NCBI GenBank assembly: GCA_951406725.2
Contig: OX597815.1
Span: 115,630,001 to 115,694,000 of the forward strand
Direction of reading: 5' to 3'
Source of the DNA: Octopus vulgaris
Lineage: Eukaryota
DNA: 64,000 nucleotides
Notes under the pieces: generated by a model
What the model saw: the letters and a program-made list of their open reading frames with translations, nothing else
The model's database searches: none
What the model was told of the DNA's origin: nothing
Position numbers and translations under genes: made by a program
Shown: positions 1-13,212 of the stretch, piece after piece
Layout: each line of letters begins with the position of its first letter
Position numbering within the stretch: position 1 is the stretch's first letter

Positions 1-400
1 TTTAAAGGGGGAGAAGCAAACAGTGCAGCTGTGAATCTACCATCCGCCGCCATCGACATTTCTCTTTATCATTAAAATGGAATAAAAAATGATGTTAAAT
101 ACTTTTATGGAAGAAATTCAATTGGTAGTCTTCACATTTTTTCACATGATCCTGGACTTTATATGTGAAATTCCTGTGACATGCTGCATGTCCATCAGCA
201 ATATTAGCAGATAGACAGCCATTCAGTGGTACAACATATAGTCCAAGTAGATGAAAGTCTTCTTTTTGAGATGAGAAAGGAATTTGAAAGAGTGGTGAAG
301 AAGTTTTGGATACTTCTGATTGTCATAACCGATGGTGTGCCAGTTTTTTATGTGTGTATGTGTGTGTATAAAGATATAATTAAAACAGTGCATATACACC

Positions 401-452
<52 letters not shown>

Positions 453-634
453 AAACAAAGTATAATAGTGTGAATTTTCTAAAACTCTTTTAGGGACAAG
501 CAGTTTTCACAATGAATTCCAATTTAATTGGAATCTACATGACCTGAAGCATATTTGTAGAAAAGAAATATGTAATTTTCTCAAGGTTGTGAAGAAGCAG
601 ATGTTTGGGGTACAATTGTGTAGATATGCTGAAA

Positions 635-638
<4 letters not shown>

Positions 639-699
<61 letters not shown>
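639..699. repeat. (TA)n microsatellite, one of many TA/CA/GA/ATT tracts in the window
   Basis: Direct reading. It accounts for the YIYIYI ORFs. Confidence 0.95.
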
Positions 700-703
<4 letters not shown>

Positions 704-2499
704 GATGTATATAAAATTAACTCTGTAAAAATGTATGTGTGTATGTATATATATTTGTATGTTTCTGTATACATTTATACATGTTTATGTATGAGTATCA
801 GAAGATATTAGAATAATGGAATAAAAATCAGTCATAATAAGAGATCACCCAAAAACCTATTTCCTTAATTTTTAACACATATTTAAGCAATTTTGATATT
901 GATTTTAAAAATTATTTGGAAATTATAAAGAGAAATGACTGGTAGATTCAAACTGTCCCTATTTTAAAATGAATTAAAAAATTTTGCGTGTGTCAAATTT
1001 TTTCTCCAGAAGTTCATGGCTTCATAGGAATAAGCATGGAAAACTGCATCAAGATAACCAATTGTCAGATTTTTTACTTCCTTTTAAAAAATGCAGATTT
1101 TGTGAATGAGACAAACTAGATCCTGAATAAGAAATGAATGTTTAATATGACAAATTTTTTCAGATTTTTTACGTCATTTTAAAAGGAGGCTGATTTTGTG
1201 ACTCAAACTAACTAGATCTAAGTACAGTGAATGCCATCCTCCACAATTTGCTACTCATATGAAGTACATATGTATTTCAACTATTCCTATCAAATACACT
1301 CTCTTTCTTGAGTATAAAAAATCCTCTTCCCAGGTGACAATAACTTATATATCAGATTGTTGCATAAGTTCTAGCTGTTTTGATAAGGGAAATCAGAAAG
1401 GTTTGGAATGATTTCATCAGCATTTACTTGTACCAAAGAGCACTCTTTCAATAGACAGCATATTGATCTCATAAGTATTGTGTGGTGGAAATAAATGCAA
1501 TCACCAAACTTTCAATTCATTATTTCGGTTTTTTTTTTTGCATTTCAATTTGTACATCTGTACTCCTGACTGCATACAAGTGCATATGTAAGATAACATC
1601 CTTTATTTTTCAATCATTATCTGCTGATATCAAAATAAGTAGTATATTGAAAAATAAAAATATTTTCTAGGGTGTGGGGGAATTTGTAACTCCAAGGGTC
1701 AAAAGGGGACCTTTGGTCAAAATGGGCTGAGAACCTTTGATCTAGAACATTGTTTCTTCTTCTCACAGTTAGCAAAGTATATAAGTAAAACAAGAATGTC
1801 ACTCTGTGTATTTACATCTGGGTTGGTAGTTTAAGCTACTAGGACTGTAACTGAAGAAATTAAAATGAACTAAGTCTGTTATATGCAATAGAAGCAGTAT
1901 GAAATTAAAATAGTCATCTATGTATCATCTTGAATGTACATATATGGTTGAAAGCCAATTTACTGCCGCATTCATCCAGAGATAACATCTATGCACATGC
2001 TGTGTAAATGATTGAACTTTTAGGCCTTATGTCTTGTGTTGATTTCTTTTTCCTATGCAAAAAGAAAAATAATTTTCAGAGAGAAAAAATGTATCAGAAA
2101 CTCAACCTGTTTTAAAACACAAAGTCAGGATTTAGGTTACTGGTAAGTGATGGTTCAAGAAAGGGCCTTCTGAGATTGAAGGGGCCTTTTTTTAAGTTTG
2201 TGTGCCTTGTAGACCACCAAATGTGACTTGTTCTATTTAATTTATTTTGGTGTATTACTGATACTTGTTGATTCTGCAGGGATAACTGGTGGTAACAAGC
2301 TGGTGGGTTATAAACTTGGAACAAAAAGAGTAGAAAGAAACAAAATAGTTTGAGGCATTTTGTCTGATACTCTACTATGTCACCCATTTCCTCTGTCTTT
2401 CCCAATGTTTGATATTAATTTCTATTATTTAAATTTAACAATTTTAACATTTATCAAATGAAAATGTAGTAATACGTTGAATTGAGAGATTGATATTTT

Positions 2500-2680
2500 T
2501 GTTGTTGTTTAACCCTAAGTCAACCCAGTCAGCACAGTCTTATCAAATGTACTCCATCTGCGATTTCCTAAGACTTTTGTTTATCTCAGGCAACATTGTC
2601 AAATGTACCCTTTTTTCTTGAGAATTTGGCTGCCATTTCTAGCAGATTGAATGACTAGATGGAAGCTCTCTCATTGTCGC
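2500..2680 (+). repeat. Dispersed repeat family (copies at ~3960-4150 +, 15040-15225 -, 16215-16325 -, 24030-24165 +, 30830-30945 +, 55530-55710 +)
   Basis: Recurrent GTTGTTTA..CC.AGTCA.CC.TGA..GAGCAGACCTAT.ATCAAA...ATTTGGCTGCTATTTCTAGCAG. Confidence 0.6.
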
Positions 2681-2856
2681 TTAAAGAGGATCTTAACCTG
2701 CTGCCCAATATGATATAAGTTTAAATCTTGTCATAGGCTGTATGTTGTGTTCATATCCTAAGTATTTGTCACTAACTTATACTATTAGTTGGTACAGTCA
2801 TAACTTTAAGCAGTGAGATGCCTTTAAATGTCTCTTTTGTTAAAAATGAAAAAAAA

Positions 2857-3165
2857 CTGGTACTCCATTGGTTATAGTGCTCAGGGTTCTAGGTGATCCA
2901 ATGAATGGAATAGCCTGCTTGTGAAATAAACTTGTAAGTGACTGAGCATACCACAAACACATGTACCCTTAATGTAGATCACAAAGAGATTCAGTGAGAC
3001 AAGGCTGGTCCTTTGAATTACAGATACAACTCATTTTTGCCAGCTGAGTGTACTGGAGCAATGTGAAATAAAGTGTCTTGCTCAAGGACGCAACGTACTG
3101 CCAGGAATCAAATTCATGACCCTACAGTTGTGGGCTGCATCCCCTAACCATTAGACCACATGCCT
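2857..3165 (-). mobile_element. tRNA-derived SINE with a CORE-like central segment
   Basis: The minus strand starts GGCATGTGGTCTAATGGTTAG (A box), then a B-box-like ATTTGATTCC, then GTCCTTGAGCAAGACACTT (CORE-like), and ends in a T run. Confidence 0.7.
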
Positions 3166-3504
3166 TTACAGTCCTAACCTGGGTTCCTACAAGCTGGCTT
3201 GCCCTAGATGTACTAAAATGAAATCAAGGTCATCAAGCAGTCACATTGTATTTAATGAAAAGCATTAATTACAAAATAAAAGAAAGGAAAAAGTCTTTTC
3301 AATACTTCTTCATAAAGAATGAAACAACTTTTTCTATATTTCATTGTTATATAGCCTTGTTTACCATTGATTCATAGGTCATTGACAACTTTTCTCCACT
3401 GTTCTCAACTTTGGGCTGTCTTTCCTCTCCTGGGTCTTGTTGGGTTTGAATTGTCATCAGTGCTTCTGTAACTGTGCTTTATATATATATATATTTTTTT
3501 TTTC

Positions 3505-3692
3505 TCAGTGGTGGTGTTGTCCCTATGCAAATCCATTTTTAGCTGTTGGAAGAGGTGGTCCATTTTAACCTGGCCTCTATCCTTTCACCTGGCCAGTATG
3601 AGAGGCTCTACCAGGAACTTGTTCTCTGCTGGCATAGCTCTTAGGGTCATCAAGACACAGAAGCCACTACATCACAGCAAGGAGTGAACCTT
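3505..3692 (-). mobile_element. Probable RTE-type 5' UTR-derived fragment
   Basis: Minus-strand CCTTGCTGTGATGTAGTGGCTT...ATGACCCTAAGAGCTATGCC resembles RTE/BovB-like 5' ends (from recall). Confidence 0.35.
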
Positions 3693-4728
3693 GTAATGGC
3701 AAAGTTGACCTAGGCAGTGTCTTAAATTCAGAGTACAAGAAGCTATAACAAATACCACAACATATTTCATCTGCCAATTTCTGCCAATATGCTGAAGTTT
3801 GACAATTAAAACCCTATTAGAGATGAGCTGTCTCATTATCATTTGATTATAACCCTATCAGAGCAGACCTGTCTCATTATCATTTGATTTAGGTCAGTAA
3901 AATTAGTTCCAGTAATGAATAACAATCTATATACCTACATATTTCTGACAACATTATCCCAGTTGTTGTTGTTTAGACTCAAGCCAAGTCTGACTGAGCA
4001 AACCTAATAATTTCAGTTATGACCAGCCAGTCATTGTGTATCTCACACTGTGATCTTCTATTTTTTAAATAGCAAGGAGTGATTTGAATAAGATTTGGCT
4101 GCTATTTTTGACAGATCTTGTGAATGCATAAAGTTTTCCTTGTTGACTGAACATTATCCAAATGTATAAAGGAGATTTCCTTATCATAATTACCTATTTT
4201 TTCTTGTGATTCATTAAAATATCAATAACTAATCAATTATATCATTATACATAAATTTTAGAATTTTGTAGTTGGGGGATATCAGGTTTAAATATGTCTT
4301 TCTTTTCATGATTTTATATAAATTTTTAAATTTACTTAAATTTTATTTCCATCAAAGTAAATAATGTCTAAAAGGAATGGAAACCACCAAGAACTATGAA
4401 TAAATGAAACTATAAATATATCTACTGTATCTTCTGGCATACATATAGACATAATATATAATGTAACCATGTGGTGTAAATATTCATATATAGTCACTAT
4501 CTTTCCAAACCCTGCTACATTTCACATGGAATTTTTAGTCCTCTAAAGTTTTTTTTTCTTTGGTATTTAAAACATTTCTTTTTTTTTTTTGGCTGTAACT
4601 TTAGGCCTGAAAAATTCAAACTGTATGCCAAAAAATATGATATAAAATTCTTTCACAGACTTCAACCAATGTCTTTCATTACATTTGGAATCTCTTTTAT
4701 CAGAACGTTTCGTTTAATGTTATTTCAG

Positions 4729-4768
4729 AGACAAATTGACTGGGAAGCTGCTGCAAACTTACTTAAAG
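4729..4768 (+). CDS. unc-80: UNC80 exon (first visible in window; upstream exons presumably outside): RQIDWEAAANLLK(G)
   Basis: tatttcAG acceptor and AAAG|gtaagc donor. The peptide resembles vertebrate UNC80 RQVEWEPASNLIEG (from recall). An alternative AG at 4729-4730 could shift the start by 2 nt. Confidence 0.8.
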
Positions 4769-5118
4769 GTAAGCTTTGTTGTATTTGTTGTTGTTTAGGC
4801 CAAAAATGGCAGAGTGTAATTTGAAGATTAGGATGATACATTTAGCAAGTCAGATAACTGGGTAGAAACTGTCTCACTGGTTTAGCTTCTATTTCTTAAC
4901 ATATCCGATAACATATGTTAAAACTAAATATTTAATAAAAAAAGAAATAAACAAATTCATTATATACATTCTTATATAATAAATCAGTTGTTAGATCCAT
5001 TATGGACTGAAGAACATTAATATCTGCACTGAAATTTGGGGTGATCAGTGGGGAGTAGGCACAAATGCCATCAGATCACTGCTTAATTGATATATTGTCT
5101 TTTTCTGTTCTTTTTAAG

Positions 5119-5174
5119 GTGTTTACTTAACCCTGCGCAAACACAGTTTTATTGCCCATCTTTCTCATCTTAAG
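5119..5174 (+). CDS. unc-80: UNC80 exon: (G)VYLTLRKHSFIAHLSHLK
   Basis: Polypyrimidine tract plus tttaAG acceptor, AAG|gtaata donor, phase 1 in and 0 out. Resembles UNC80 GVCLTLQRQPIISFLPHLR. Confidence 0.88.
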
Positions 5175-6761
5175 GTAATAAAATTTACATATGTCTCTGT
5201 CTGATTGTTTCCAATCATTTTTTACCACAAAATATTTTCTTTATCAGTTTCTGAAATGGATGCTTTGTCACTCAAAAAAAAAAAAAAGCATTTTTACATG
5301 ATATATAAGGATAAGGGTGTTATTATTTAAGATTCAATAGAAAATATATATTTAAATTTCAATTAGAATTTGAAAGAAAATTGTATATATTCTGGGTGAC
5401 ATTGGCTCTTTCTTCTTTCTAGCACAAAAGTGGTGACCAGTCATCTTATAAGGATAAACATGTGTCAGTAGTCAAGACCATGAGTAGTTCAGGTTATCAT
5501 GGAAACTTTTATATAACAAAAATAAAACAACAGGCAGTTTCTATTGTTATTCCTAAATGAGATACCAATCCATCATAAGGTTAATCCCAATTGCTGCTGC
5601 TATACTGCTGGTACTCATAGTCAGCTGAGGAGACTACACCAACATGAAATGAACTTTCTCAAGGACATAATGCACAACCCAGTGCAGGAATTAAATGCAT
5701 TCCCTTCTGATTTAAAACCCAGTACACTAATACCTGGTCCATCCACCTTCACAAGGCATGTAGCTAAGATTAAAGCTCAAATGTTTAATAAATAGAACAA
5801 AAAATCAATATTTTCAGAAGATGTAAAAGGAGTTTAGTTTAAATTTGTTGTGGTGTTGAACAGAATATGAAGAAAAATAAAGCATTTTAGATTTTAAGAA
5901 TATGCAAATCTAATTTCTCTCTTAGCTTTTATATGCTTCCTCCTCTTACATATAGTCATTATTTTCATTCTTGGTGAGCTTCATATGCTACATGTATGTG
6001 GTAACATATATCTGCTTGTATGAATGTGCATATATGGAGGATTTGCCTTGGATGCTCTATTTAACTCCATGCACAATAGCTGATTTTGATGTAATGGAAG
6101 GAGTAATCTTGTTGTTACTGTTATCTGGTGCTTTATGTTGTGTATCTATATCATTAATAATAGCTATTGGGTTGGTGGTGTGGCAAAGACAGTTGTGTAC
6201 TAGTTGGTCTGTATGTCTTAAAGAATTTAGTTTCACCTATTGCTTTGAGTTCATGCCCCTGAAACTGATAATCTAAATACAAGGCATGTTCTGGGTTCAA
6301 TACAGTTGAGTATAACCAATACCAAAACGTATCTGTTCATGTCAACATAAGAAAGCTACATCATTTTTCATGGAACTAATTTATTTTATTTGCTAAATTT
6401 CTATTAGGAACTTGATTTCTTGGATTGGATCTGTGAATAACACCAATACCATTGCAGGTCTACAGTAGATGTTTGCACTCCATCTGTTGTCATGCCATCT
6501 CAGTGCTGGCTGCTTCCATCAGCATGCTGCCTCAATATTATAATGTTTTAGGCACAGCCAGACAGCATCACAAGCTTCCCAAAGCTTGATGTCAACTTTG
6601 TCTTTCTTCCTGAGAGGTCAATGAAATAAGTATCAATCATGTACTGGGGGCCAATGTAATCAACTTCCTCCTCCCACCAAAATTGCTGGCCTTGTACCAA
6701 AATTAGAAAGAATTATTATTGATGTTGTTGTTTTTTATTTATATTATTTTTATTATTGCAG

Positions 6762-6944
6762 ACTCTCATCAATGTATTGATTGGTTTAATTCTCTCTGGA
6801 AGCACCGGTTCATCGCAAGACCATATGGTCCCAACTTTCTATGGAAGCCACAAGAGTGACCAAAGTCAAGCTCTGCTGCCAGCTCCTTCAATTTTTTGTT
6901 CAGCAGTCATTAAACTTGTTGCAATGCAAATGCAAGTTCTTGGG
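6762..6944 (+). CDS. unc-80: UNC80 exon: TLINVLIGLILSG...FCSAVIKLVAMQMQVLG
   Basis: ttgcAG acceptor, GGG|gtaatt donor, 183 nt, phase 0/0. Lies within ORF 6756..7016. Confidence 0.9.
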
Positions 6945-7507
6945 GTAATTATTCTTCATTATTCATTTTTTGCTAATTTTCTTTCCATAAATTATACATC
7001 AGTCAATGATATGTAGCTAAAAACAATTTTATATAGGATTATTTTTACTGTAAGTTATGAGCAAGTTATAAAATCCTACCTCTTTTTGGAGGTGATGTGC
7101 ACATTACCTTTATTGGCCCTCCCAGACTAGACTAGTCTGTCACTTTTGATGTTTAACATGAATTTCAATAAGTTAGATAAGTCTTGAGAAAAACAGACAA
7201 AAAGGAAGTTTCCAATAATTGTATTTAGGTTAGGAAGACTCAGTTTACCTAGCTGGCAAAACAGATTCCTTTCTCATTTTCACAGTTGAGTACTTAATAA
7301 AAGAATTGTTTCAGAAAAAGAATTCTATTATTAAATGATAGTATGAGAAAATGGATATACAACAGTGAAAATAAAAATTCCCTGTTAATAGTCTGTTTTA
7401 CTCTCATAAAACATATATACATATGCACACACTTTTGCCTATTTCCCCAATAATTCCTTTATTTTGTGAAAAGATTTTAGATGTTATTATCAAATTATCT
7501 ACAGTTA

Positions 7508-7672
7508 CAGGTGCAGGCCTGGCTGTGTGGCAAGAATTTTTGCTTCCCAACCACATAGTTCTGAGTTCAATTCCATTGTGTGGTGCTTTAAGTAAGGGTC
7601 TTCTGCTATAATCTTGGGCTGGCTAAAGTTTTGTGAGCGGATTTGGTCGATGGAACCTGAAAGAAACCTGTC
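7508..7672 (+). mobile_element. tRNA-derived SINE family (further copies at ~11750-11905 +, 28577-28685 +, 41570-41645 -, 53735-53890 -, 62105-62265 -)
   Basis: Recurrent GGCTGTGTGG..AAG..TTTGCTTCCCAACCAC..GGTTCAGTCCCACTG..GGCACCTTGGGCAAG..GCCTTGTGAGTGGATTTGG..GAAAGAAGCCTGTC. Confidence 0.7.
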
Positions 7673-8376
7673 ATATATGTATGTATGTGCATGTGTATAG
7701 GTTACTGTCACCTTGCCTTGACATCACATATAGTTGTAAATGAATGCCATTGTCATGCAAGTGGTGTCTTTTGTTCCCAATCTTCTATGAAAACATGTCC
7801 GGTTATTGGGAAATATTACCTTGTTTAGAAGCAGATGAGGGTTGGTAACAGAAAGGCTATCTAGTCATAGAAAATCTGTCTCAACAAAAATCCTGTCTGA
7901 GCCATGCAAGTATGGAAAAGTAGCTATAAAAATGATGACAATTACAACAATGATGACAATAACTGTTTAAGGCAGATCTACAAATTAATATGACATTTAT
8001 CAGTGGATAGGCAGAACTGGTAGAGCCTCAATCAAATACCCTGTGCTATTTAGTCACATCCTTTTATGTTATTAGTTCAAATCCCACCTAGGTCAACTTA
8101 CCCAGTTTCTCTTTTCAATGCTGATAAAATAAGAACCAGATAAACTAGAGCTGTCAGTATAATCAGCTATATCTTTGAAGGCTGTGCCCCAGCATGGCCA
8201 TGGTCTAATAAGGAAAATCAGTTTTAAAAGAATATAAAAACTGACCTGTGATCTACCCTTGTAACCCTAAACTACCTTATTTAGAGGAAAGTAAAACTTA
8301 ATCTGAAACGATGATTTATAAAATTTTTTTTAATTTTATTTATTTTGTAATTTTTTTATTTATTTTTCTAAATCAG

Positions 8377-8500
8377 GAACAATTTTCTCTGGAACAAATA
8401 TTTGGAGGAATGTCTGTTTTCCCTTCAATAGAGTGCTGTTTGAACATGCTCGTTGATTTTATTCTGCCTCTCTGCATTCGAACTGGCTATGGAAGAAGAG
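8377..8500 (+). CDS. unc-80: UNC80 exon: EQFSLEQIFGGMSVFPSIECCLNMLVDFILPLCIRTGYGRR
   Basis: aatcAG acceptor, AGAG|gtaggt donor, 124 nt, phase 0/1. Confidence 0.92.
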
Positions 8501-9032
8501 GTAGGTTAATAAATAAATAAAAAACAAAACCATTTCTTTTAAATTAACTAGTTTTATGCAATAACAATTCCCTTTTTAAAAAAAAATATATTTCTGTTGT
8601 GTACATTTTATTGACCTTCTTAAAATACCACCTTTCCCTTTTGGTTTTAATCTTTTCAACTTCACAACTTCATTTGGCTGCAGTCAAACGAGAGAGCCAA
8701 GATAAAAGAAAGAAATAATAAAAGAGTAAAACAATATGAATCTAGGGCAAGGGATGGACAGAATTGCTAAAGTATCAGACAACATGCTTTGTGGTGTTTG
8801 TTCCAACTCTTTACCTTCTGAGTACCAAATTTGTATCTAACTAACAAGATGATGTTTTGTAAAACTACCTAAAAAAAGACTCTATTCTTCCATGACAAGC
8901 ACATAGTACTTGCCATGGAAATCACCACTTGTTATTCATTGATCTGATGACCTCACAAAAAGAAATATAAGATAATAAGGGTTTTTAAAAGAAACTACTT
9001 TTTTCCTTTTCTTTTTTTTTACTTTCATCCAG

Positions 9033-9251
9033 ATTCTCCTCGGCTCCTTCATGCTGACATCCGATATGCATTGTCAGTTGTCCTTCATGCCTTGAATCCA
9101 CCTGTAAAACATAGTAGCCAGTCTAATACCAAAACGGGTAGCCATCATATAAACATTACTGAACAAGGCCAATCAGATAATTTTCTACCAACAGAAAAGT
9201 ATTTTGTGAAACCTGGCTGCATAGAACTACAGGAACAAACTGCTTACCTTG
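9033..9251 (+). CDS. unc-80: UNC80 exon: (D)SPRLLHADIRYALSVVLHALNPP...QEQTAYL(G)
   Basis: Long pyrimidine tract plus tccAG acceptor, TTG|gtgagt donor, 219 nt, phase 1/1. Confidence 0.92.
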
Positions 9252-9405
9252 GTGAGTTTTTTTTTTTTACTGATTTCTCTCAGCTGTCTTTAATTTGTTT
9301 CTTTATTTGTTTTCTATTTCTATTAAATTAATTACAGGAAAACAAATGCTGACTACAAGAAAGGTTGTATTTCATAAAATGCTTAATTAACATACTCCAG
9401 GTTAT

Positions 9406-9452
9406 GTCATGCTGAAGATTTGTAAAAATACCGAAATAGTGCTCTGCGTGAT
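9406..9452 (+). ncRNA. Degenerate hammerhead-like motif
   Basis: gtcatg CTGAAGA tttgta-aaaa-tacc GAAA tagtgct ctg cgtgat. Stem I gtcatg/cgtgat pairs (with G:U); the cleavage triplet is non-canonical. Confidence 0.4.
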
Positions 9453-9689
9453 TGCTACTAACTTGAAATTAACCAAGAGAAAAGATATGTTTCATGAAAT
9501 ACACAGAGATAAATAAGAAATTCTAAAAGTTTTTCATGTGTGTAGCATTTTTATTGAAATTGAAACTGTGAGTTGGTCTTGTAACTCAAGTTTCACACCA
9601 CTACAATCTTCAAGCAAAGATTTTATTGATGTGAAAATAATTGTGGTCTTAACCATCAACTTTAAAGCAATATATTTCAGATTAGAGTA

Positions 9690-10085
9690 AATTGTATTCA
9701 CTGAAATAATAGCTATTATAATTTACACAACTTTTACTAACAAGAAGCAAACCTGTCAATTCTGGTGGCATAGAATTCTGGAATCTTAAAATCAAAAAGA
9801 ACTCTTCCAATGTATTTTAAGTTGCTGGTTCATAGTTGAAAACATTATTTTGCAAGAAGTCATTGAAATACTTAAAAGACTGATAGTTTGTCAGAGAGAG
9901 ATCTGGGAAGTAAGTCAGGTGAGATAGAGTCTCATAGCCCAGGCAATTCAATTTCTTCAATCATTTTTGAAAATAGTGGTTAGGCACTGCTATGGAAAAG
10001 TATTGGTCCTCTTTGACTGTCAATGTTGGACATAATATTGCAGGTTTTGATTCATTTTATTGATTTCTTGGCAATACTTCTCTTT
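9690..10085 (-). mobile_element. Decayed mariner transposase fragment (C-terminal catalytic region)
   Basis: The minus strand translates, with stops and frameshifts, to EKYCQEINKM...LGYETLSHLTYFPDLSLTNYQSFKYFNDFLQ, matching the mariner HPxYSPDLxPxDYxxF motif. Confidence 0.75.
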
Positions 10086-10559
10086 GAATGTTTGCAAGAA
10101 TAAATATAGCTTTTAAGTATAAAACATTTATTTATTTGCTAACTTAAAATGATAACTGAGGAAAATTTCTGAGAGTGGCCTTATATAGTTAAGTGGTGGT
10201 TAATTTACTTAAAAGCATGAGCCAAAAAGAAATTTCAATTAATTAACTTAAATTATTAATTCTTGTCAAGAAAAACAAGGGAAACAACTTCAAATCCATA
10301 TTATTTAATTTAGTTAAATTGGAGCATGCAATAGAAAGTAAGTTTGATCTTGGATACAATTTTAGATTCTTTAAACTGAGCCTGCTTGAGTTATGTGGTC
10401 TTTCACTCAAACATAACATTCTGTTGTGGTAAAATAATCTGACCAAGATTAAATATGTGACCACTCAGTTTATTACAAACTCAAAATATATAAGTACTTG
10501 ATCTAACTAAGGTTTGTCTCAAGCTAAAATGCACCTAATCAAAAATAAGATATTCCACA

Positions 10560-11000
10560 GAACCTCCCAAAACTAAACACCAATATTTAAGTGTTATCCA
10601 AGCCTAATTTGGTTACCTATGAAGAAAACCAAACAATATCAAAGTAAGCAATCCCCACAGACTATGAATTCACAAACACTTTCCACTTTAAAAGAATTGA
10701 AGGACAACCCAAAATAACAAAACTAAGATACAAGAAGTTCACAATCAAGCATAACATATGTATATTCTCATCATCAGCTACCCAAACGGATATCACTAGT
10801 TTCGATATCTGGATTGTACCATTCAATTCACTGCCTTAGAATCTTCTAGCTTATTACTATAAATAACAACATAAGCGTAACAAATAGTAATAACTTATAG
10901 CTACAAATTAGTATTTCTAACAAAGAACTAATTCCAAAAATGATTTTCAAACAATACAACAAACATAGACTACTCAATCAACATTACATGATGAACATGG
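10560..11000 (+). mobile_element. Possible highly decayed Penelope-like reverse transcriptase remnant
   Basis: A/C-rich stretch with ITSFDI followed by LY in a shifted frame (~10792-10820), reminiscent of the PLE RT motif VSFDVxSLYTNI. No intact ORF. Confidence 0.3.
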
Positions 11001-11475
11001 TATTACACCCAAATAACAAACCTAATAATGATTACTGGAAACAGGCTTTTCAAGATTGTCCTCAGGTTCAATATGCTAAAATCATGTTCTCTCAGATTAG
11101 TCAGATAGTTATATGTTTAGGCAAAATATTATCTTTCAAAAACCCCAAAAGCTCCACAGAAATAGTAAAGTTTCTAGTAGCTAGATGTAATTTTATACAG
11201 TGAAGCATTTTATGTTCTTGCTCTTAATGCAGTTGCCAATTAGGTTCACAGTTATGGCAATTGGGATCCATCCAATAAAAACAACTTCATTCGATTAACA
11301 TGATTTAAATTTATTTGCTATAAAAGTAGAATGTTTTTTTCCTGCTTAATTTGATATCTTTATTCAAGCACACTCATTCACACACAATATAAATGTATTT
11401 TTCTGAAAGAAATCTCTCAATTGCTTTACATTTAAAAAAAAAAATTTTCTTTTCTTCCAATTTTGCATCCATTAG

Positions 11476-11571
11476 GTTTACAGGTCTTGATGGTTTGTTT
11501 TGACAATACTTTAGCAGCAGAATGGCATCATGTGGCGAAATATGTTATGGACATCAGCACTAAAACTAGAG
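11476..11571 (+). CDS. unc-80: UNC80 exon: (G)LQVLMVCFDNTLAAEWHHVAKYVMDISTKTR(G)
   Basis: cattAG acceptor, AGAG|gtaagt donor, 96 nt. Resembles UNC80 LKVILVCFERQLGSQW. Confidence 0.92.
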
Positions 11572-12080
11572 GTAAGTTGAACTTATCCATCATCAACATT
11601 TTAAATAACCCTCACTTCTATTACTACATTGCACATTTTCATTTAGTTTTTATATTTCATGTTTTTCTCTACTCACAATAGATATGATGGATCTTTAAAA
11701 TTTTAGGTTTTATCATATTGTTGAGGCAAATTGCAATTTTTTTTATTCAAGGTGTGACCGTATGATAAGAAGTTTGCTTCCCAACCTAAAGGTTTGGGGT
11801 TCAGTCCCACTGCATGGCACCTTGGGCAAGAGTTGTCTGCTATAGCCACTGACCAACCTAAGCCTTGTGAATGAATTTGGTAAAATTTGAAAGAAGCCTG
11901 TCATGTGTCCATAAGTGTGTGTGTGTGTGTATTATAAGAGGTAATGGTGTCATTGAGACCCAAAAGTATCAGGTAATGCTGAATAAGTGCTATAGACGGA
12001 TCATAGTTAAGTTCCAGGTTTGGTGATTTTGCAAATAAGAGGTTCAACGTTGGTCATATGTCAACGTGTGTATATGTCAG

Positions 12081-12115
<35 letters not shown>

Positions 12116-12120
12116 TTTAA

Positions 12121-12178
12121 GGTCTGAAGAAATGCTGTAAAGCTAAATGCTCTATGAATGTGAAACCCTGGTTAACCC
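12121..12178 (+). ncRNA. Degenerate hammerhead-like motif (mirrored at ~13127-13185 -)
   Basis: ggt CTGAAGA, imperfect gtaaagc/gctctat stem, GAAAC cctg GTT aacc. Stem I is imperfect. Confidence 0.4.
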
Positions 12179-12193
12179 CATAAGTCAGCCATA

Positions 12194-12276
<83 letters not shown>

Positions 12277-12915
12277 GAAATTTTTTGCATAATGAGATAA
12301 AAAAACCGAGGCTGTGTAAATATTAGAACATTTATAGATAGAAGGTCTTACAGCTGTTTCCAGGATATTTATTAATTATATCCCTTCATTGGAGACGGTG
12401 TGAGAGGATGGTTAAGTAATAATTCATTTAGATAGGATATAAAATAGAGAGTGAGGTGGAGGAAAGAAAATAAATGTGAGATATGTAGGGATATTGAATT
12501 TGTAGATCCATTTTTTAGGCAGAATGGTATATATGTAAGATTCCAATACCTTATGACAAAAATTTATACACAGTGTTGTAGAGTCAAAGGTTTTTATTTA
12601 AATAAAAACCTTTGACTCTACAACACTGTATAAATTCTGTACTTTGAATGACCAGTTATAAATACCATTGGATCTTACTCATAAGGTATTGGAATCTTAC
12701 ATTGTGTAGAAACTTTGTACTTGGAATGAACAATTGTAAATACTGTTGGATTTTTCTCATAAGGTATTGGAATCTTACATATATACCTTCTGCCTAAAAA
12801 ATGGATCTACAAATTCAATATCCCTACATATTTCGCATCTATTTTCTTTCCTCCAACTCACTCTCTATTTTGTATCCTATCTAAATTAATTATTACTTAA
12901 CCATCCCCTCACACC

Positions 12916-12968
12916 ATCACCGATGAAGGGATATAATTGATAAATATCCTGGAAACAGCTGTAAGACC
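12916..12968 (+). ncRNA. Minimal type I hammerhead-like motif (homologues at 12344-12397 - and 21090-21141 -)
   Basis: CCGATGA, stem II ggatat/atatcc, GAAAC, palindromic AGCT, GTA, agac. The left-arm copy supplies gtct/agac for stem I. Confidence 0.6.
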
Positions 12969-13036
12969 TTCTATCTATAAATGTTCTAATATCTACACAG
13001 CCTTGGTTTTTTTTATCACATTACACAAAAAGTTCT

Positions 13037-13070
<34 letters not shown>

Positions 13071-13075
13071 ATAGA

Positions 13076-13111
<36 letters not shown>

Positions 13112-13212
13112 TATGGCCAATTTATGGGGTTAACCAGGGTTTCACATTCATAGAGCATTTAGCTTTACAGCATTTCTTCAGACCTTAAAGCCATATGTAT
13201 ATATATATATAT

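Noticed and set aside
1-75. Short open frame FKGGEANSAAVNLPSAAIDISLYH* as a possible unc-80 exon
   Set aside because: It has no donor before the stop and no resemblance to UNC80; more likely part of a repeat.
223-811. ORFs rich in YIYIYI, HTHT or LSLS here and throughout the ORF track
   Set aside because: They are translations of TA, CA and CT microsatellites with no splice or homology support.
3810-3889. 41-bp direct duplication (another of ~60 bp at 1066-1219)
   Set aside because: Ordinary local tandem duplication with no further structure.
8941-8975. CTGATGA...GAAATATA hammerhead candidate
   Set aside because: No credible stem I or stem II; compatible with chance in AT-rich DNA.
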